Below are positions 37,094-51,208 of a stretch of DNA of 64,000 nt, piece after piece. The notes under the pieces were generated by a model. That model had not been told where the DNA came from and did no database searches. It was given only the letters and a program-made list of their open reading frames with translations. Source of the DNA: Octopus sinensis (Eukaryota); the NCBI RefSeq assembly GCF_006345805.1, contig NC_043006.1, positions 54,498,001 through 54,562,000 on the forward strand. The letters run 5' to 3'. Position numbers and translations under genes: made by a program. The first letter of the stretch is position 1, and every line of letters begins with the position of its first letter.

Positions 37094-40000
37094 GCAGATT
37101 TTCTCTGCCTGTTCCCATGTTTCTTTTTAATACAATTCTACAATATAGAATTTCTTCAATTGGAATTTACCTATGATTTTTCCAAGTAGATTCGATTGGG
37201 TCATGGCATGTAAAGTTTTTTTCAATTTGACCCCCAATTAAGCAAAAATTCGAGAAAACTCAATATTTTACGATTTGCCTCTCTCATTTCAAGTGCTTCA
37301 CTCCTTCCATTACCACCACACTTTCTCCCACTTTCTCTTTGCAAGTGTGCAACAATTAAAGTGAAAGTATTTATATAACAGGGATGAGCCATTAATACTG
37401 GTCATCCTTTTTGCTAGAGGAAGATCCGCTATGGTCTTATATGCTACACCACTGGTTTTCAATTCATATTAATCAAATTAATATTCAATTTTTCACCCTT
37501 ATTATGTGTGTGTGTGTATTAGCAATTCGTATAAAATTGCATCAATGACTTCAACTTGAATAAGTGGTTTCACATAAATGGGGATAAATTAAAAAGGTTT
37601 GTTGTTATTATTATTACTGTTTGACTATTGTAATCACGTTTGTTGGTTCTTTGTCAGGGAAACGTTGTTGTGTTGCATTTGTTAAATAATTGTAAACCGT
37701 AACCCTCCCCCTTTCAGAGAAGGGGCTTTGCTTATTGTTTAAAAATTGAATTGTGCCCCTGTTTGGGGAAATTGACAATATTTTCACCGTCTTTACAGAA
37801 GCATTTTTGTTTAAATGCCTTCGATAGAAGAAAGTCCAAAAATGAATTTCGCTGCAGCCGTACACTTCTATACAAGAGGGAGGACAAGATCCAATTGATC
37901 GAAATTGCAAGAGACGGGCCTACAATTCCAGTCTGTTATATACTTTGAGTATTGTTATCACTAGCGATATCAAGATATAACTTTGTATTTTGTATTTTAT
38001 GTGTAGATGTATATATATAGATGTACATGTAATATGTACACATATATATTTACACATATATACATGCATAATATATCTACCCATACGCACACACACACAC
38101 ACACACATACATAGGGGCAGGTGTGGCTGTGTGGTAACAAACTACGTTCAAAGATACTGTACTTGATATGGGCGGTAGTGCCTTGCCGGTCTATGGCCTA
38201 CCTTCAACAAACCGGGAAGGCACAAACACTCTGTCTTCACATTTGCTGCGTGAGACATGTTTTAATGTTGACGAGCTTGCCGAGTACATAGCCAACAATG
38301 AGCCAAAGCTCCTTCCAGAACAGAAGTTCGCTTACAACTCCGTTGTTAATTCAGTCCGGGTCAAAGCTGGGGGATTTTTTTTCCTGGACGCTCCTGGGGG
38401 CACTGGGAAAACTTTTGTCAACAAATTAATATTGGCTGAGATTACGCGAACACAAGGCATTGCCCTAGCTGTGGCATCATCTGGAATTGTGGCTACTTTG
38501 TTGCCAGGCGGCAGGACAGCTCACTCCACTTTCAAGCTCCCGCTTGACTTAGCGAAGACTGAGACACCAACTTGCAACATCAGTAACAGCTCCGATCAGG
38601 CTGCAAACTTATCGTTTGGGATGAATGCACGATGGCCCACAGAGGTGCTCTTGAGGCACTAGATAGATCTCTCAGAGACATCAAACACTCTTCATCACTT
38701 CTTCTTTTAGGGGACTTCCGACAAACACTTCCTGTTATTCCCAAAGGGACTAGAGCTGATGCAGTAAGTGCGTGTCTTAAGTCATCCACATTGTGGCCAC
38801 TGGTGAAGACTCTCAAACTTCACACCAATATGCGTGCTCATATTTCTCACACCCTCCTTGCACTTGGCGAAGGCAAAATACCAGGGGATGAAAATGGTAA
38901 TATTGCCAACGATTCCATTTGTACCATTGTTAAAACGCCTTCTGATCTCAGAGATGCAGTATTCCCAGATCTACAAGCTAATTATCAGAATATGGATTGG
39001 ATTGGCCAAAGGGCTATTCTGGCCCCGAGGAATAAAACTGTTCACCATATTAATGATGAAATGCTAAAACTCATTCCTGGGGATGTCTATGTATATAAGA
39101 CTATCAATACAACTCCTGACCCAGAGGACGTCATCAACTATCCAATAGAGGTACTCAATTCCTTTGAGCCCCCCTTACTACCACCACACATTCTCAAACT
39201 TAAAGTTGGTGCCCCTATAAAACTCATTAGAAATTTGGTTCCCCCAAAACAATGCAATGGCACACGTTTGATCGTTAAGTCCTTATCTCCCAATCCGATT
39301 GAGGCCACCATTATCACAGGGTGCGGTCGAGGCAACGTTGTGCTCATACCTACGATGCATCTTTTCCCATCAAGAGCAGACCTACCTTTCATATTTCGGA
39401 GGTCCCAGTTCCCAGTAAGGCCATGTTTCGCAATGTCAATTAACAAAGCGCAGGGTCAAACACTGTCTGTGGCGGGAATTCATTTGGGAGAGCCATGTTT
39501 CTCTCATGGTCAGCTTTATGTTGCCTGCTCACGTGTTGGCAGCAACAGTGATGCTTTCGCATTCGTTCCACAACAAAAAACAAAAAACATTGTGTACAAG
39601 GAGGTTTTATAGGATTACTACGTTTCATCATTTTCGAACACGTTAGTATTTCACTTACATACGACTCTCTTTTATGATGGCATTTACATTTTTAGGCGTT
39701 TCATGACATTAATTCACACTTAACCAACACCTGTCCTTCGCTCACATCTATTTCTATCCATTCATCATCAAACCACCAGCCTCATCTTCTATATCCAACG
39801 TACATGACACATCTACCCCCTACATCTACACTCTCACTGTTAAAGTTTACATAAGCGACAACACAATCGCAACATACACTTTGGAAACTAAGCAACAGAT
39901 CATTTTATACAACAACAAATTTAATCATAACGCCCATCAATGAAAACATCTCCACCACTGTGTTGTGATTCATCTATTCAGCACCACTACAGTCTTGCCG

Positions 40001-40459
40001 GTCTGACATATGGTGAGTAGATGCTATTGTTCTATATTTTATAAATTACCCATATTTACTTACCTATGCTTCATTCCCCTCTTGCTATAGGGGAATGGAT
40101 GCATAGGGCATTCATTCTCTTTTAACACAGCATGAAGATTTGTAACAGCACATCCGCTGCCGTTCGTGGAAAACGAAGAGACCCTATTCACCTGTAAACG
40201 TTTTACACTGCCTTCCACGACTATCAAATTCTTACAATTATGAGAACAATAACATGGCTCTTTTCAAGGCAAACTCTTACACCATTCTACGGGGGGGGGG
40301 GTAGGAACCCCTTTACACAGCTTTCTATACACTTACAAATACATTCATTCGCCGTAAACTTATATCAATATTTGCCTGAATAATCATCATAATTCAGTGC
40401 AATCATTAACAGTACTTTCAAGTAATTCAGCCCCAAGCATCGCCAGGCAATTCTGCTAG
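37078..40459 (+). mobile_element. Internally deleted Helitron (3382 bp)
   Basis: 5' A|TC start, 3' GC-rich hairpin GCCCCAAGCATCGCCAGGC then CTGCTAG|T, AT target, internal Pif1 helicase; no Rep domain seen. Confidence 0.8.
38168..39612 (+). pseudogene. Helitron Pif1-family helicase, frameshifted near 38600
   Basis: FLDAPGGTGKTF, AVASSGIVATLLPGGRTAHS, LGDFRQTLPV, LAPRN, CNGTRL, QFPVRPCFAMSINKAQGQTL, FSHGQLYVACSRV, TKNIVYKEVL*. Confidence 0.93.
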
Positions 40460-40957
40460 TATTTTGATAAATTAAACTCAAATGTTGAAGTGAATCGAAC
40501 GGCTTTGGTGTTTCTTAAATGGCTTACAAACACCTTCCACGCTGCAATTGTTTTCGTTCCAGCACACGATCTCAGATCAAATCACTTGCTATGCGAGTAC
40601 ATCTCCGTAATATATATATTTATATATATATATATACATATATAAGACGGGCTTCTTTCAGTTTCCGTCTACCAAATCCACTAACAGGGCTTCGGTCGGC
40701 CCGAGGTTATAGTAGAAGAAAGACACTTGTCCAAGGTGCCATGCAGTGGGACTGAACCCAGAACCATGTGGTTCATAAGCAAGCTACTTACCACACAGCC
40801 ACTCCTACGCCAATGTTGATAAATATTTCTTTTGTTTTTAGACCTGAGTATCTTATGTTATTTTCGGCCTATGAGTATATGCGAAAGTGGGGCATTATAA
40901 AGGGGATGTATATATTCATGTATAAAAATGATTTCAAAATTTAAAAAGGGGAAAGTG

Positions 40958-41365
40958 GGATCTTTTTGGTTTGAACAGCAGTTTTTAACATAATTTCTAG
41001 GTAACTAAAAAATTTTAAACTTCGTATACTGGTAGAATGTGTTTATAAAACATCTTTTTCTCTTGGCTTTATTGAGAAAATTCTATAGTTTGTAAGATAT
41101 TTGTTGTTTTTTCTTCAATTTCTGCAATTTCAACCAATCAATGACGTCCATTTAGGTAAAAAAAAAACATTGTGCCGTATGAATATGTCCCTCGTTTAAG
41201 AAACAGATTGGGTTTATTTACATTTGTGAAGAAAAAGATACCCTTCCCCCACCCCTAACCCTAAAACAGATTGAAATGCAATAGATCGATACTAGGGTCA
41301 TAATTATAGGTGACAATTTCATATGACACCGCTAGAAAAAACTGCCCTTTAAACCGAAAAGATCC
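40958..41365. mobile_element. MITE with 8-bp TSD (Merlin-like)
   Basis: TIR GGATCTTTT.GGTTTGAAC.GCAGTTTTT; TSD GGAAAGTG at 40950-40957 and 41366-41373. Confidence 0.85.
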
Positions 41366-41373
41366 GGAAAGTG

Positions 41374-41800
41374 TCTTCTGCTATAGCCTCAAGCTGACCA
41401 AAGCCTTGTAAGTGGATTTAGTAGACAGAAACCAAAAGAAGCTTGTTGTATGTATATATAACTGTGTATGCGTTTGTGTGTGCCACCATCGCTTGTTAGT
41501 GTGTTTATGTCCCAGTAACTTAACGGTTCGGCAAAAAAGACCAATAGAATAAGTACCAGGCTTAAGAAATAAGTATTTCAATGCGGTACCCTAACATAGC
41601 CGCAATCTGATGACTGAAACTAGTAAAAAAAGATATGTGTATGCACAACAAGCTTCCACACAGTTTCCGTCAACAAAATTTACACACAAGGCATTGGTCG
41701 GTCCTAGGTTATAATAGAAGACACTCGCCCAAAATACCGCAACGTAGGACTGAACCCAAAACCACATGGTTACAAAATAACCTTCTTAACCATACAGCAT
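41374..41800. mobile_element. Two SINE family A fragments in opposite orientations
   Basis: Plus-strand body 41374-41630 and minus-strand head at about 41640-41800. Confidence 0.7.
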
Positions 41801-42385
41801 TGATTTACTTCTTTCGATTGTACGAAAAATTTCTACACAAACACGTAGTTTTTCATGCTAATTACAAAAATCACAACCACTTTGGTGGAAGAAATTAATG
41901 ACAACATAGTAACGAACCCGTAAAGTCTGAAATTTATAACACTATATGGAACAGATGTAAGCACCTTGTCATTATATACAAAGATATTGCTTACAGAGAC
42001 AAGGTGTTTGCTGTTACATAACAGTGTGTCGAAAACCGCATTAATTCTCGTGCGTAGAACACAAATTCGCAAAATTTTTTTGAGAATTCCAGAAAATATA
42101 AAAGTTATGAGAGGTTATATGGAGTGCTTAAATAAGAATTCCGCCGTATATTAATATCAAAATCAAAGTATTTCCATATGCGCGTAGACTTTCCGACCAT
42201 CTGCTGTCGATTTCAAAAACTAATTTCCTTCAGGATACTCACACATACACAAGCACGGACATTGCCGGGACTTTGAGATAACGATGGCCTCAAGTGGTCG
42301 TTTGATTTGCTGGAAATAATAACTAAATTTTTCTTAATTACTCACTGCTGTCACAAAAAAAAAAAATACGTACAACAGACACCGC

Positions 42386-42810
42386 GGATCTTTTCGGTTT
42401 GAACGGCAGTTTTTTCTAGCGGTGTCATATGAAATTGTCACCCATAATTATGACCCTAGTATCGATCTATTGCATTTCAATGTTTTAGGGTTAGGGTTAG
42501 TTAGGGGTGGGGCGAAGGGTATCTTTTTTTTCTTCACAAATGTAAATAAACTCAATCTGTTTCTTAAACGAGGGACATATTCATACGGCACAGAATGTTT
42601 TTTTTTTTACCTCAATACACGTCACTGATTGGTTGAAATTGCAGAAATTGAAGAAAAACAACAACAAATATCTTACAAACTATAGAATTTTCTCAATAAA
42701 GCCAAGAGAAAAAGATGTTTTATAAACACATTCTACCAGTATACGAAGTTTAAAATTTTTTAGTTACCTAGAAATTATGTTAAAAACTGCCGTTCAAACC
42801 GGAAAGATCC
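42386..42810. mobile_element. MITE with 8-bp TSD (Merlin-like), inverted relative to the 40958 copy
   Basis: Same TIRs; TSD GACACCGC at 42378-42385 and 42811-42818; internal TAGGGTTAGGGTTAG. Confidence 0.87.
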
Positions 42811-44917
42811 GACACCGCATCTATTGATCTTCTCAGTACTGTCTGTTTTTCTTTACGTGTTTTTCCATAACCTCGTGCACCGGTTATTTTAATGTGTGTG
42901 TGCATGTACAGCTGTATATGTGCGTATGTAGGCAATATTGTATGTGTGTGTGTGTTCAAAAAGTGTCCGACACTACGCCTGTGTCTGTGTGTTTGTTACT
43001 GTTACCGTTAATACACTCGCTCTGTGGCTGTATCTGTGTGTTCGCTTATTTTTTTAACGTCCCACTATTTTGACCTCTTCCTCTACCTCACAACACTAAC
43101 CAGGTTCCCATGGCCGTCAAGTTCCTGTTTATTTCGCCTTCTTATTCTGTCCCTCTTCTTTTTACCCTATATATCTTTCCCCCATACACGCTGCTTCGTT
43201 GTGTATTTCCTCTTTATCAATTGTTCATAGCAATTTCTTCAACCTTTTTGTTTTTCTGTTCAGTTGAAACTTAGAAACTTTTCTTTCTCCACATCAATTA
43301 AACGTCGACATTCCAGAAACTTACCTTTTGGTTAATTGTTGCCGATGTAGGCTGCATTAATTTATTCAGATTCCGAATTTTGTCTTAAATAAATAAAAAT
43401 TACATCGCTTCAAAAAGTTTTTAAAATTGTTATGGGCGTTGTACGTCTCATAAACGCGCGCGCGCGCGTACAAAAGTGAAGAAGAAACAAAGCAATGAAA
43501 TTTTTTAAATTTACTAATGTGTGCGAATTAGAAACGAGGCCAATAACTACAAGTTTCTTTGACTCAAATATTGCAATAAAGAGGTTCGTTAATTAACACT
43601 GAGAACATTAAATTAGATTTACTCTCTGAATTTAGGAAATTAATACAGAACCATTCTTTAACATACTTAGAGATGAAACTTATGGTACCACACACAGATA
43701 TGAAGAAAATTAGAAAACTCTAACACAAGAATGAGACTAATATTAACTTTGATAGGTTTTGGTCAATATAGGTCCAGGCCATGTCTAACTTAATAGCATC
43801 ACCTGATGAAGTCTTTTAGTCATATATAGGGTACCATGGCCTACTCTAGTAAAGAGTTATTGTTGAAGACACATCTGAGTGTAGGAGGTTGGTCCAGGAT
43901 CTTTTGAAGAAATTTGTCCAGTGAACTTTTGAATTTTATGGGATCTATTGTCTCAAATTTTGGTACAAGGCCTGTCAGTTCGGCGGAGGGTGTAAGTCAA
44001 TTTCATTGGCCCAGTGCACAACTGGTCTTATCTTATTGACCCTGAAAGAATGAAAGGCAAAGTCAACTTCTGTGGAATTTGAACTAAGAACATAAAGAGG
44101 GATGACTTGCCACTAAACATGGGTAGATAACCGATACCTGGGTAGATAACCGAAAGATAACCGATACCTTGGCGCAACCTCTTCTAAATTAGCCACAAGG
44201 GTCTCCAACCATTTTTCCACGTTCAGAGATAAGAGTAAACAGCACACCACAGGGCTAAGCAAATTAGTCTGGCGTTTGAAGAACACAAATTCAACTTTTA
44301 CGCTGGAATGGTCAATATTGGCGGTGTCCTTACCGTTTGATAAGGGCAGAAAAATCTGTGCCCTCTGTAATTCCGAACTTTTTCATATTCTGTTTGCCCG
44401 AGGCCACGTAATAAACTCGATTGTCGAGAGATCTTTCAGATGTTTACACTGGAAAAAGCACACCTTTCACTCATACCAATGAAGTCTAATATAGGTAACC
44501 CCTGGATTTCCTACAAAATTAATTTGTGATATCTCATCCCTTTAGTTTATAAGATTTTCTCATAATTTCTAAGAGCTGCTACCAATTCCAGTTGTCCTCT
44601 GGTCTCTTGTCACTACTATTGTGGGCTTTCTCTGCCCGCTCCCTCTTAAGTTGACACATTCGAACACACAGACACAGTCCTTTCACCTCCTGACTGTTAA
44701 TTTTCTGTCAGCCTTCTACACAATCACGCATTCACAGACACACACATTAAGACAATTATACACACTCACACATATGAGCACTCATTCATAAAATAAATCA
44801 AATATAAACACCAGTCAAACGGAATACATTCCCTCACCTTAATATTCTTTTACCTTCCTCCTCCAACCTCGATTGAACCCTTGAACTCTAGTAACTGCCA
44901 GTTTCTCCTACATTCAA

Positions 44918-44943
44918 CCAATCTGACGTCACCCCCTATAAAT
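44918..44943 (+). promoter_or_regulatory. CCAAT-CRE-TATA cluster in the PLE pseudo-LTR
   Basis: CCAAT 44918-44922, TGACGTCA 44924-44931, TATAAAT 44937-44943. Confidence 0.5.
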
Positions 44944-45028
44944 AGACACTATTTTTCATTATCGCTATGGGCTCCTTGAGAGCAGTCATCTAAAAACTTG
45001 TGCATTTTGTTGCCGAAAGAAGTTCCCA

Positions 45029-45116
45029 GATTTTCCTGATGAGAAAGCTGCATAATGGACTCCTTATTCATTCGGAATTAGGAATTTTGCAGACTTCGAA
45101 ACATATGTCGAAAATA
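45029..45116 (+). ncRNA. Type I hammerhead ribozyme with extended stem II, second copy
   Basis: ATTTTC/GAAAAT stem I; CTGATGA 45036-45042; GAAA 45098-45101; AC-ATAT-GTC with predicted cleavage after 45109. Confidence 0.85.
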
Positions 45117-45589
45117 AAATAAAGGAATCTTGTTAAATCTTCGTTCAACTCCATTCTTTCCTATACTTATATATATATATATATATAATTCTTATACAAG
45201 AATGTTGTTGATTGTGACTTTGAAGTTTCGACCAGCAAAGTCATTTTGCAGTCTGACAATGGCTTAGCTGACCAAAACTTCAAAGTCACTGTCAACAACA
45301 TTCTTGTGAAAGAATAATAAATTTGTACTCTACAAAAGTATAGAGTACCCCATCACATTAATGTAAAATTGTCTTTATTGTAACTGAACATAAAACTTAC
45401 ACACACACACACACACACACAAATAAACTTATTAAAAGGTTACAATGTGAAAACCAAGAATCTAATTTATTATAATCTTTCTTCAAAATATTGAACTGCT
45501 TGGCAAAAGTAGTTCAAGTTATGCAAAAACTGTTGGAGGATTTGTCACCATTAACTGAAACAATCAAGAAAGTGTCCTAATCATTAGAA

Positions 45590-45960
45590 AAAATATCTAA
45601 TACTGATGAAACTGGTCTATACTGGAAGAAAAGGCCAAAGGAAATATTTATATCAAGAACAAAATCAATAACAAATTCAAAGCATCTACGGATGAAATTA
45701 TATTTCTATTATGTTGTAATACATTAGGTGATTGTTTCATAAGATCGTTATTAATCAATAGGACTCTTCACAATATTCAATGAGAGGTTTGAATGAAAAT
45801 ATCCTCTCCATTAGTTGGCGAGGAAATAGGTCTTTGATGAGTAATGCAATATTGAAATGCTGGAATACAAATTGATCCAAAGAAAATAATATTGACTTCA
45901 AAAATGTATTTCTAATAATGGTATATCATATCTCTGTGATTTAGAAAGCCTTAAATTTAC
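45590..45960 (+). pseudogene. pogo/Tigger transposase fragment
   Basis: ISNTDETGLYWKKRP followed in shifted frames by FKAS..D and LLCCNTLGD. Confidence 0.75.
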
Positions 45961-46389
45961 TATTCTGTTCTTAACATTTCATACAACACTACTTATCCAA
46001 AACATAGTTGGGAATTTCAAAACAATGTAATATATTTGTATAAGGGTAGCTATAACAAGTTGGTGTAGTTGCGGATGTGAGAGGGTGCGGTGAATGATAG
46101 TAGATATGAGAAGTGTTAAGAGGAAGTGTGGTAGAGCAGATGGGAAAATAAGTGGCGGCACATCTCTTTGCTTTTATAGCCCAGTCTATCTCCCTGTTCC
46201 CTCACCATGTCACTCTTGGTCTGACTGAAACTGCACCAGCTACAGATTTGACCCTCAGTAGATTTCCTGTAACAACTATCAGTCATCCTCTGTGTTATAC
46301 ATCTCTCTCTCTCTCTCTCTCTCTCCTTTTCTTTCTTGTCATATGCCTCAATTAGAACATCTCTTAATCTCTCACTCTTTGAAGGATAC

Positions 46390-47100
46390 TTAAACTTTTA
46401 TATCTTCACTTTCTAGATTGGTATCTCTGAATCTTTCTATTACTAAGTCTGAAGTCTAACATAAGTTGCATTGTACATTCTTCTTCAGGGAGGGACTTTA
46501 CATTCCCAAGCATCTGCCTATCACTGTTTCTGGTGAGAATGTAGCCAATCTGGCTTATGTGCCCACCAGACTGTTAGGTGATTAAGTGACTTGTTGGTTT
46601 CCTGGAGGTTATGTTGCTGTTCAACAATCATTTGTATGACAGAATTCTAACAGTCTTGTTTCCTCCTCATTTCTAGCACCAAAGCTATAACTGCTATGAA
46701 ATCCATTGGAACACTGTCCGACACGTCTGCTGAAGTTATCAGCCCTCAAAATAAGGTCATTGTTTTCCATCATTGAGGTAAACTGCAAAAGGGACTCACT
46801 GAAACTGCATGTGGAGCATATGCAGAGATTATTGCCACTCTGATATTATCCAGACTAGTCTTATCATAACAATCCTATCATACACATTGACTACTTCAAT
46901 CAATTATCAACCCATTTCTCAGCCAAAACTATACATACACTACCCACCTCATCACTGCTGCCCATCGAGTAAAATTGCATCTCTGTTACTTGCTCATGAG
47001 CAGTTTAACTGAGGTTCCCCTCCATCCTACTTCTTGCACTCATCTACATACCCCCACTCTGGCATTGTGTCAACATTGATCATGTGGAATTGGGAAGAGT
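46390..47100 (-). pseudogene. RTE apurinic-endonuclease fragment
   Basis: Minus strand NGFHSSYSFGARNEEETRLLEFCHTND matches the RTE GGYGxGxRNxEGxRLLEF pattern; many stops. Confidence 0.7.
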
Positions 47101-47329
47101 GAGTGTGTAGTTTGGAGAGGGTATTTATCATCTGGGAATACGATTTTTGTGAGTACTTGCCAAGCTGCAGTGAGTCTATGTATTTGCAACTTCATGAATT
47201 AAAATTTCCTTCATTCCCAAAAGATTTCATGGATAAGCACCTACAAACAGTGGTGGTGAGCAGATGGGAGCCAGGAAGGGAGGTGTGTGTGAGTGTATCA
47301 TCATCATCCTCATCATCATCATCATAACC

Positions 47330-47560
47330 ATCATAACCATCACCACCATCATCATTGCTTAGTTCCTATGCATCACGCTAGCATGGATTGGACTGCATTG
47401 TATTCCATTTTCTACTTTGGTATGTTTTTTTACAGCTAGATGCCCTTACTAACGCCAATCACTTTACAGCATGTACTGGGTACTTTTTCATAAAACCAGC
47501 ACTAGTGAGGTCACCATACAATTTGCAGGTCTATGATTCCCAAGGGAGGCAACTTTATGC
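47330..47560 (-). mobile_element. Short element with RTE 3' tail
   Basis: (CAT)n run, GCTAGCATGG and GATGCCCTTACTAACGCCAA motifs. Confidence 0.6.
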
Positions 47561-48095
47561 TAGGAAATGAAGGTTAAAGTATGTGAGAAAAGGCCAGGGT
47601 AGAACAGGTTTCTTGCTCTGCAGGAGCTACATGGTCATTCACATTTTTGAAGGGAGAGTGGGTATCATTGAGATAATAATAGCAAGGGTTAGGTGTCTGG
47701 GTGAATCCTCAAAGTATTAGGTGAGTAAAAGCGAGTGAAGAGAGAATGAAGGTGGATAGAGGTTGCAAGAGTGTATGGTAGGGAAAGAGAAAGAGATGGG
47801 AATGGCTAAGGATATGTGTGAATATAATGCATGAATAACAAGTATTAAAAATGGTAGATTAGGTGAGGTGGGAGTCCCATGATGCATGGGAGTGACGAGA
47901 TGGAGAATGGTGATACTGATAAAGGTCAAGAGAAGGATGAGATGGCAATAGTGAGAGATGTATGGTGGTGCAGGAGTAATTGTGTGTATGTATAAATATA
48001 TTTAGGTATGTATATGTGTGTGCACACACACACACGTGTGTGTGCATATAAAGAAAATCAGATGGTTTGAGATGAATGTATTTATTTCACCAATT

Positions 48096-49050
<955 letters not shown>

Positions 49051-49413
49051 TATCTCATATCTCCGAACTTTCTTTGTATTCTATAAACTTCTCATGAAAT
49101 AATCATCACTGATCAGAGCTAAAGGATTTCAACTGCATAAGACTCTACATTAGACTCCTAAGTATTAGTTTACTATGTGGTTTGTAGCCTGGTCCATTAA
49201 AGGAAATTTTTTGTGAGTATCACCAGAATAGATAAATACATATATTGTGCATTAAAAGTGTGTGTGTGTGTGTGTAATAAGTACCTAGTACTTATTATAC
49301 ATATACCTAGTAGTTAGCCAGTGAAGCATGTTCACTGCCTATGGGTACCTGACATCAACTACGATATTTACACAATTGTCACTGGATCTACCTCAGGAAT
49401 ACTCAGTGTTCCA

Positions 49414-51101
49414 TAGGGATAGACAAGAGGTTGGTGAGAGCTATACAAGCCATGTACAGTGATACTGTCAGTAAGGTGAGGGTTGGCAACAAGTATAGTG
49501 ATGAATTCAGAGTACAAGTAGGGGTTCACCGAGTATCAGCCCTCAGCCTCCTCTTGTTCATCATAGTCCTCCAGACAATAACAGAGGAATTTAAGTTGGG
49601 CTGTTCCTGGGAGCTGATGGCATTGTTGTCATAGCTGAATCACTACCAGAACTACAGAAGAAGTTTCAGGTGTGGAAACAAGATCTAGAATCGAAGGGCC
49701 TTAGAGTTAACCTAGCAAAAACCAAAGTGTTAGTAAGTAGGAAGGAAGACAAATCATAAATCTCTTCAAGCAGATGACCCTGATCAATCTGTAGGAAGGG
49801 CGTAGGCAGAAATTCCATAAGCTGTACCCAGTGTAAGCTATAGACAGATAAGAGGTGCAGCAATATCAGAGGAAGGTTAATTGGGAAAATAGATTTGTGT
49901 GTTGAAGGTATAAAAGTTCCATAAATACTAAAAGTGTACCGAAAATAAACTCCATCAAATGCCAGTGGGGTAAACTAGAGGTAGTTGATAGTTTCTGTTA
50001 TCTAGATGACCAAGTCAATAGCAGAGGTGGATGCTCTAAGGCAGTGATTCCCAAGGTGGGGCCTGAGAAAATTCAGGTGGGGCGCGGGGCATAGACGTGG
50101 GCCCACATGTACTTGTAAATGTGAGTGGACATGGGAAAAGGTGGGGCGTAAAAACTTTTGCTATGAAAAAGTGGGGCACCGGGAAAAAAGGTTGGGAAAC
50201 ACTGCTCTAAGGGCATAACTGCAAGAATAAGAATAGGCTGGGCAAAGTTTAGAGAGCTCCTACCTCAGAGTGAAAAGCAGACTGCATGATACCTGTGTAC
50301 AAACAGCTGTGCTACACGGCAGTAAAACATGGGCTGTGGCCACCAAGGACATGCATAAGCTTCAAAGCTTGAAAGAAATGAAGCTAGCATGCTTCACTGG
50401 ATATGCAAAGTCAGTGTGCATGTACAACAGAGTGTAAGCGTCTTGAGAGAAAAACTGGGCATAAGAGGCATCAGATATGGTGTGCAAGAGAGACAGCTGT
50501 GCTGGTATGGTCATGTGATGCATATGGATGAGGACAGCTGTGTAAAGAAGTGCCTATCTCTAACTGTGGAGAGAACCTATGGAAGAGGTAGACCCAGGAA
50601 GGCACGGGGCAAGATGAGGAAGCATGACCTTCGAACGTTGGGCCTCATGGAGGCAATGACTAGTGACCAAGACCTTTGGCAATTTGCCATGCTTGAGAAC
50701 ACCTGTCAAGCTAAGTAAAATCGTAGTTGTGGCCAATGCCAGTGTTGCATACCTGGCACCTCTGCTCGTGGCATGTAAAATCACTTTTTGAGCCTTGGGC
50801 CTAATGGAAGAAATGACAAATGATTGAAAGCTTAGGCAATATGCCCTGCTTGAGAAGACCCATCAAGCCAAGTGAAATCATGGCTGTGACAGATATTGTT
50901 GTGACGCAACCAGCACCTGTGCCAGTGGCACAAGAAAGCACCCAATACAGTCTTGGAGTGGTTGACATCAGAAAGGGCATCCAGCTTTAGAAGCCATGCC
51001 AAATCAGATTGGAATCTGGTACAGCTCCTCAGTTTACCAGCCCTGGTCAAACTGTCCAACCTATGCCAGCATGGGACAACAGACGTTAAATGATGATGAT
51101 G
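49414..51101 (+). mobile_element. Older RTE-clade LINE, 5' truncated
   Basis: Colinear with 29220-31010 with many stops; RQLCWYGHV, GRGRPRK; (GAT)n tail. Confidence 0.9.
50042..50204. mobile_element. hAT/Charlie-like MITE nested in RTE
   Basis: TIR CAGTG.TTCCCAA / TTGGGAAACACTG; 8-bp TSD CTCTAAGG at 50034-50041 and 50205-50212. Confidence 0.9.
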
Positions 51102-51150
51102 TTGTATATGTATGTAAACGTGTGTATATATATACATACACAAACACACA

Positions 51151-51208
<58 letters not shown>

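Larger units (their letters stand above)
36716..40811 (-). mobile_element. Single SINE family A split in its internal (TA)n by a nested insertion
   Basis: The 3' half at 36716-36960 and the 5' half at about 40600-40811 rejoin colinearly with the intact copy at 5776-6173. Confidence 0.8.
44122..45170 (+). mobile_element. Penelope-like element 3' end (GIY-YIG fragment plus pseudo-LTR)
   Basis: RYLGATSSKLATRVSNHFSTF...TGLSKLVWRLK...LEWSIL...KICALCNSELFHIL...RCLHWKKH*; microduplications at the 5' junction; 3' region colinear with 34100-34790. Confidence 0.85.

Noticed and set aside
36963-40548. A TIR transposon carrying a Pif1 helicase
   Set aside because: Helitron-type TC/CTAG ends at an AT target lie inside the inverted arms, so nesting explains the structure
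43795-43850. CTGATGA at about 43803
   Set aside because: No downstream GAAA/stem III arrangement
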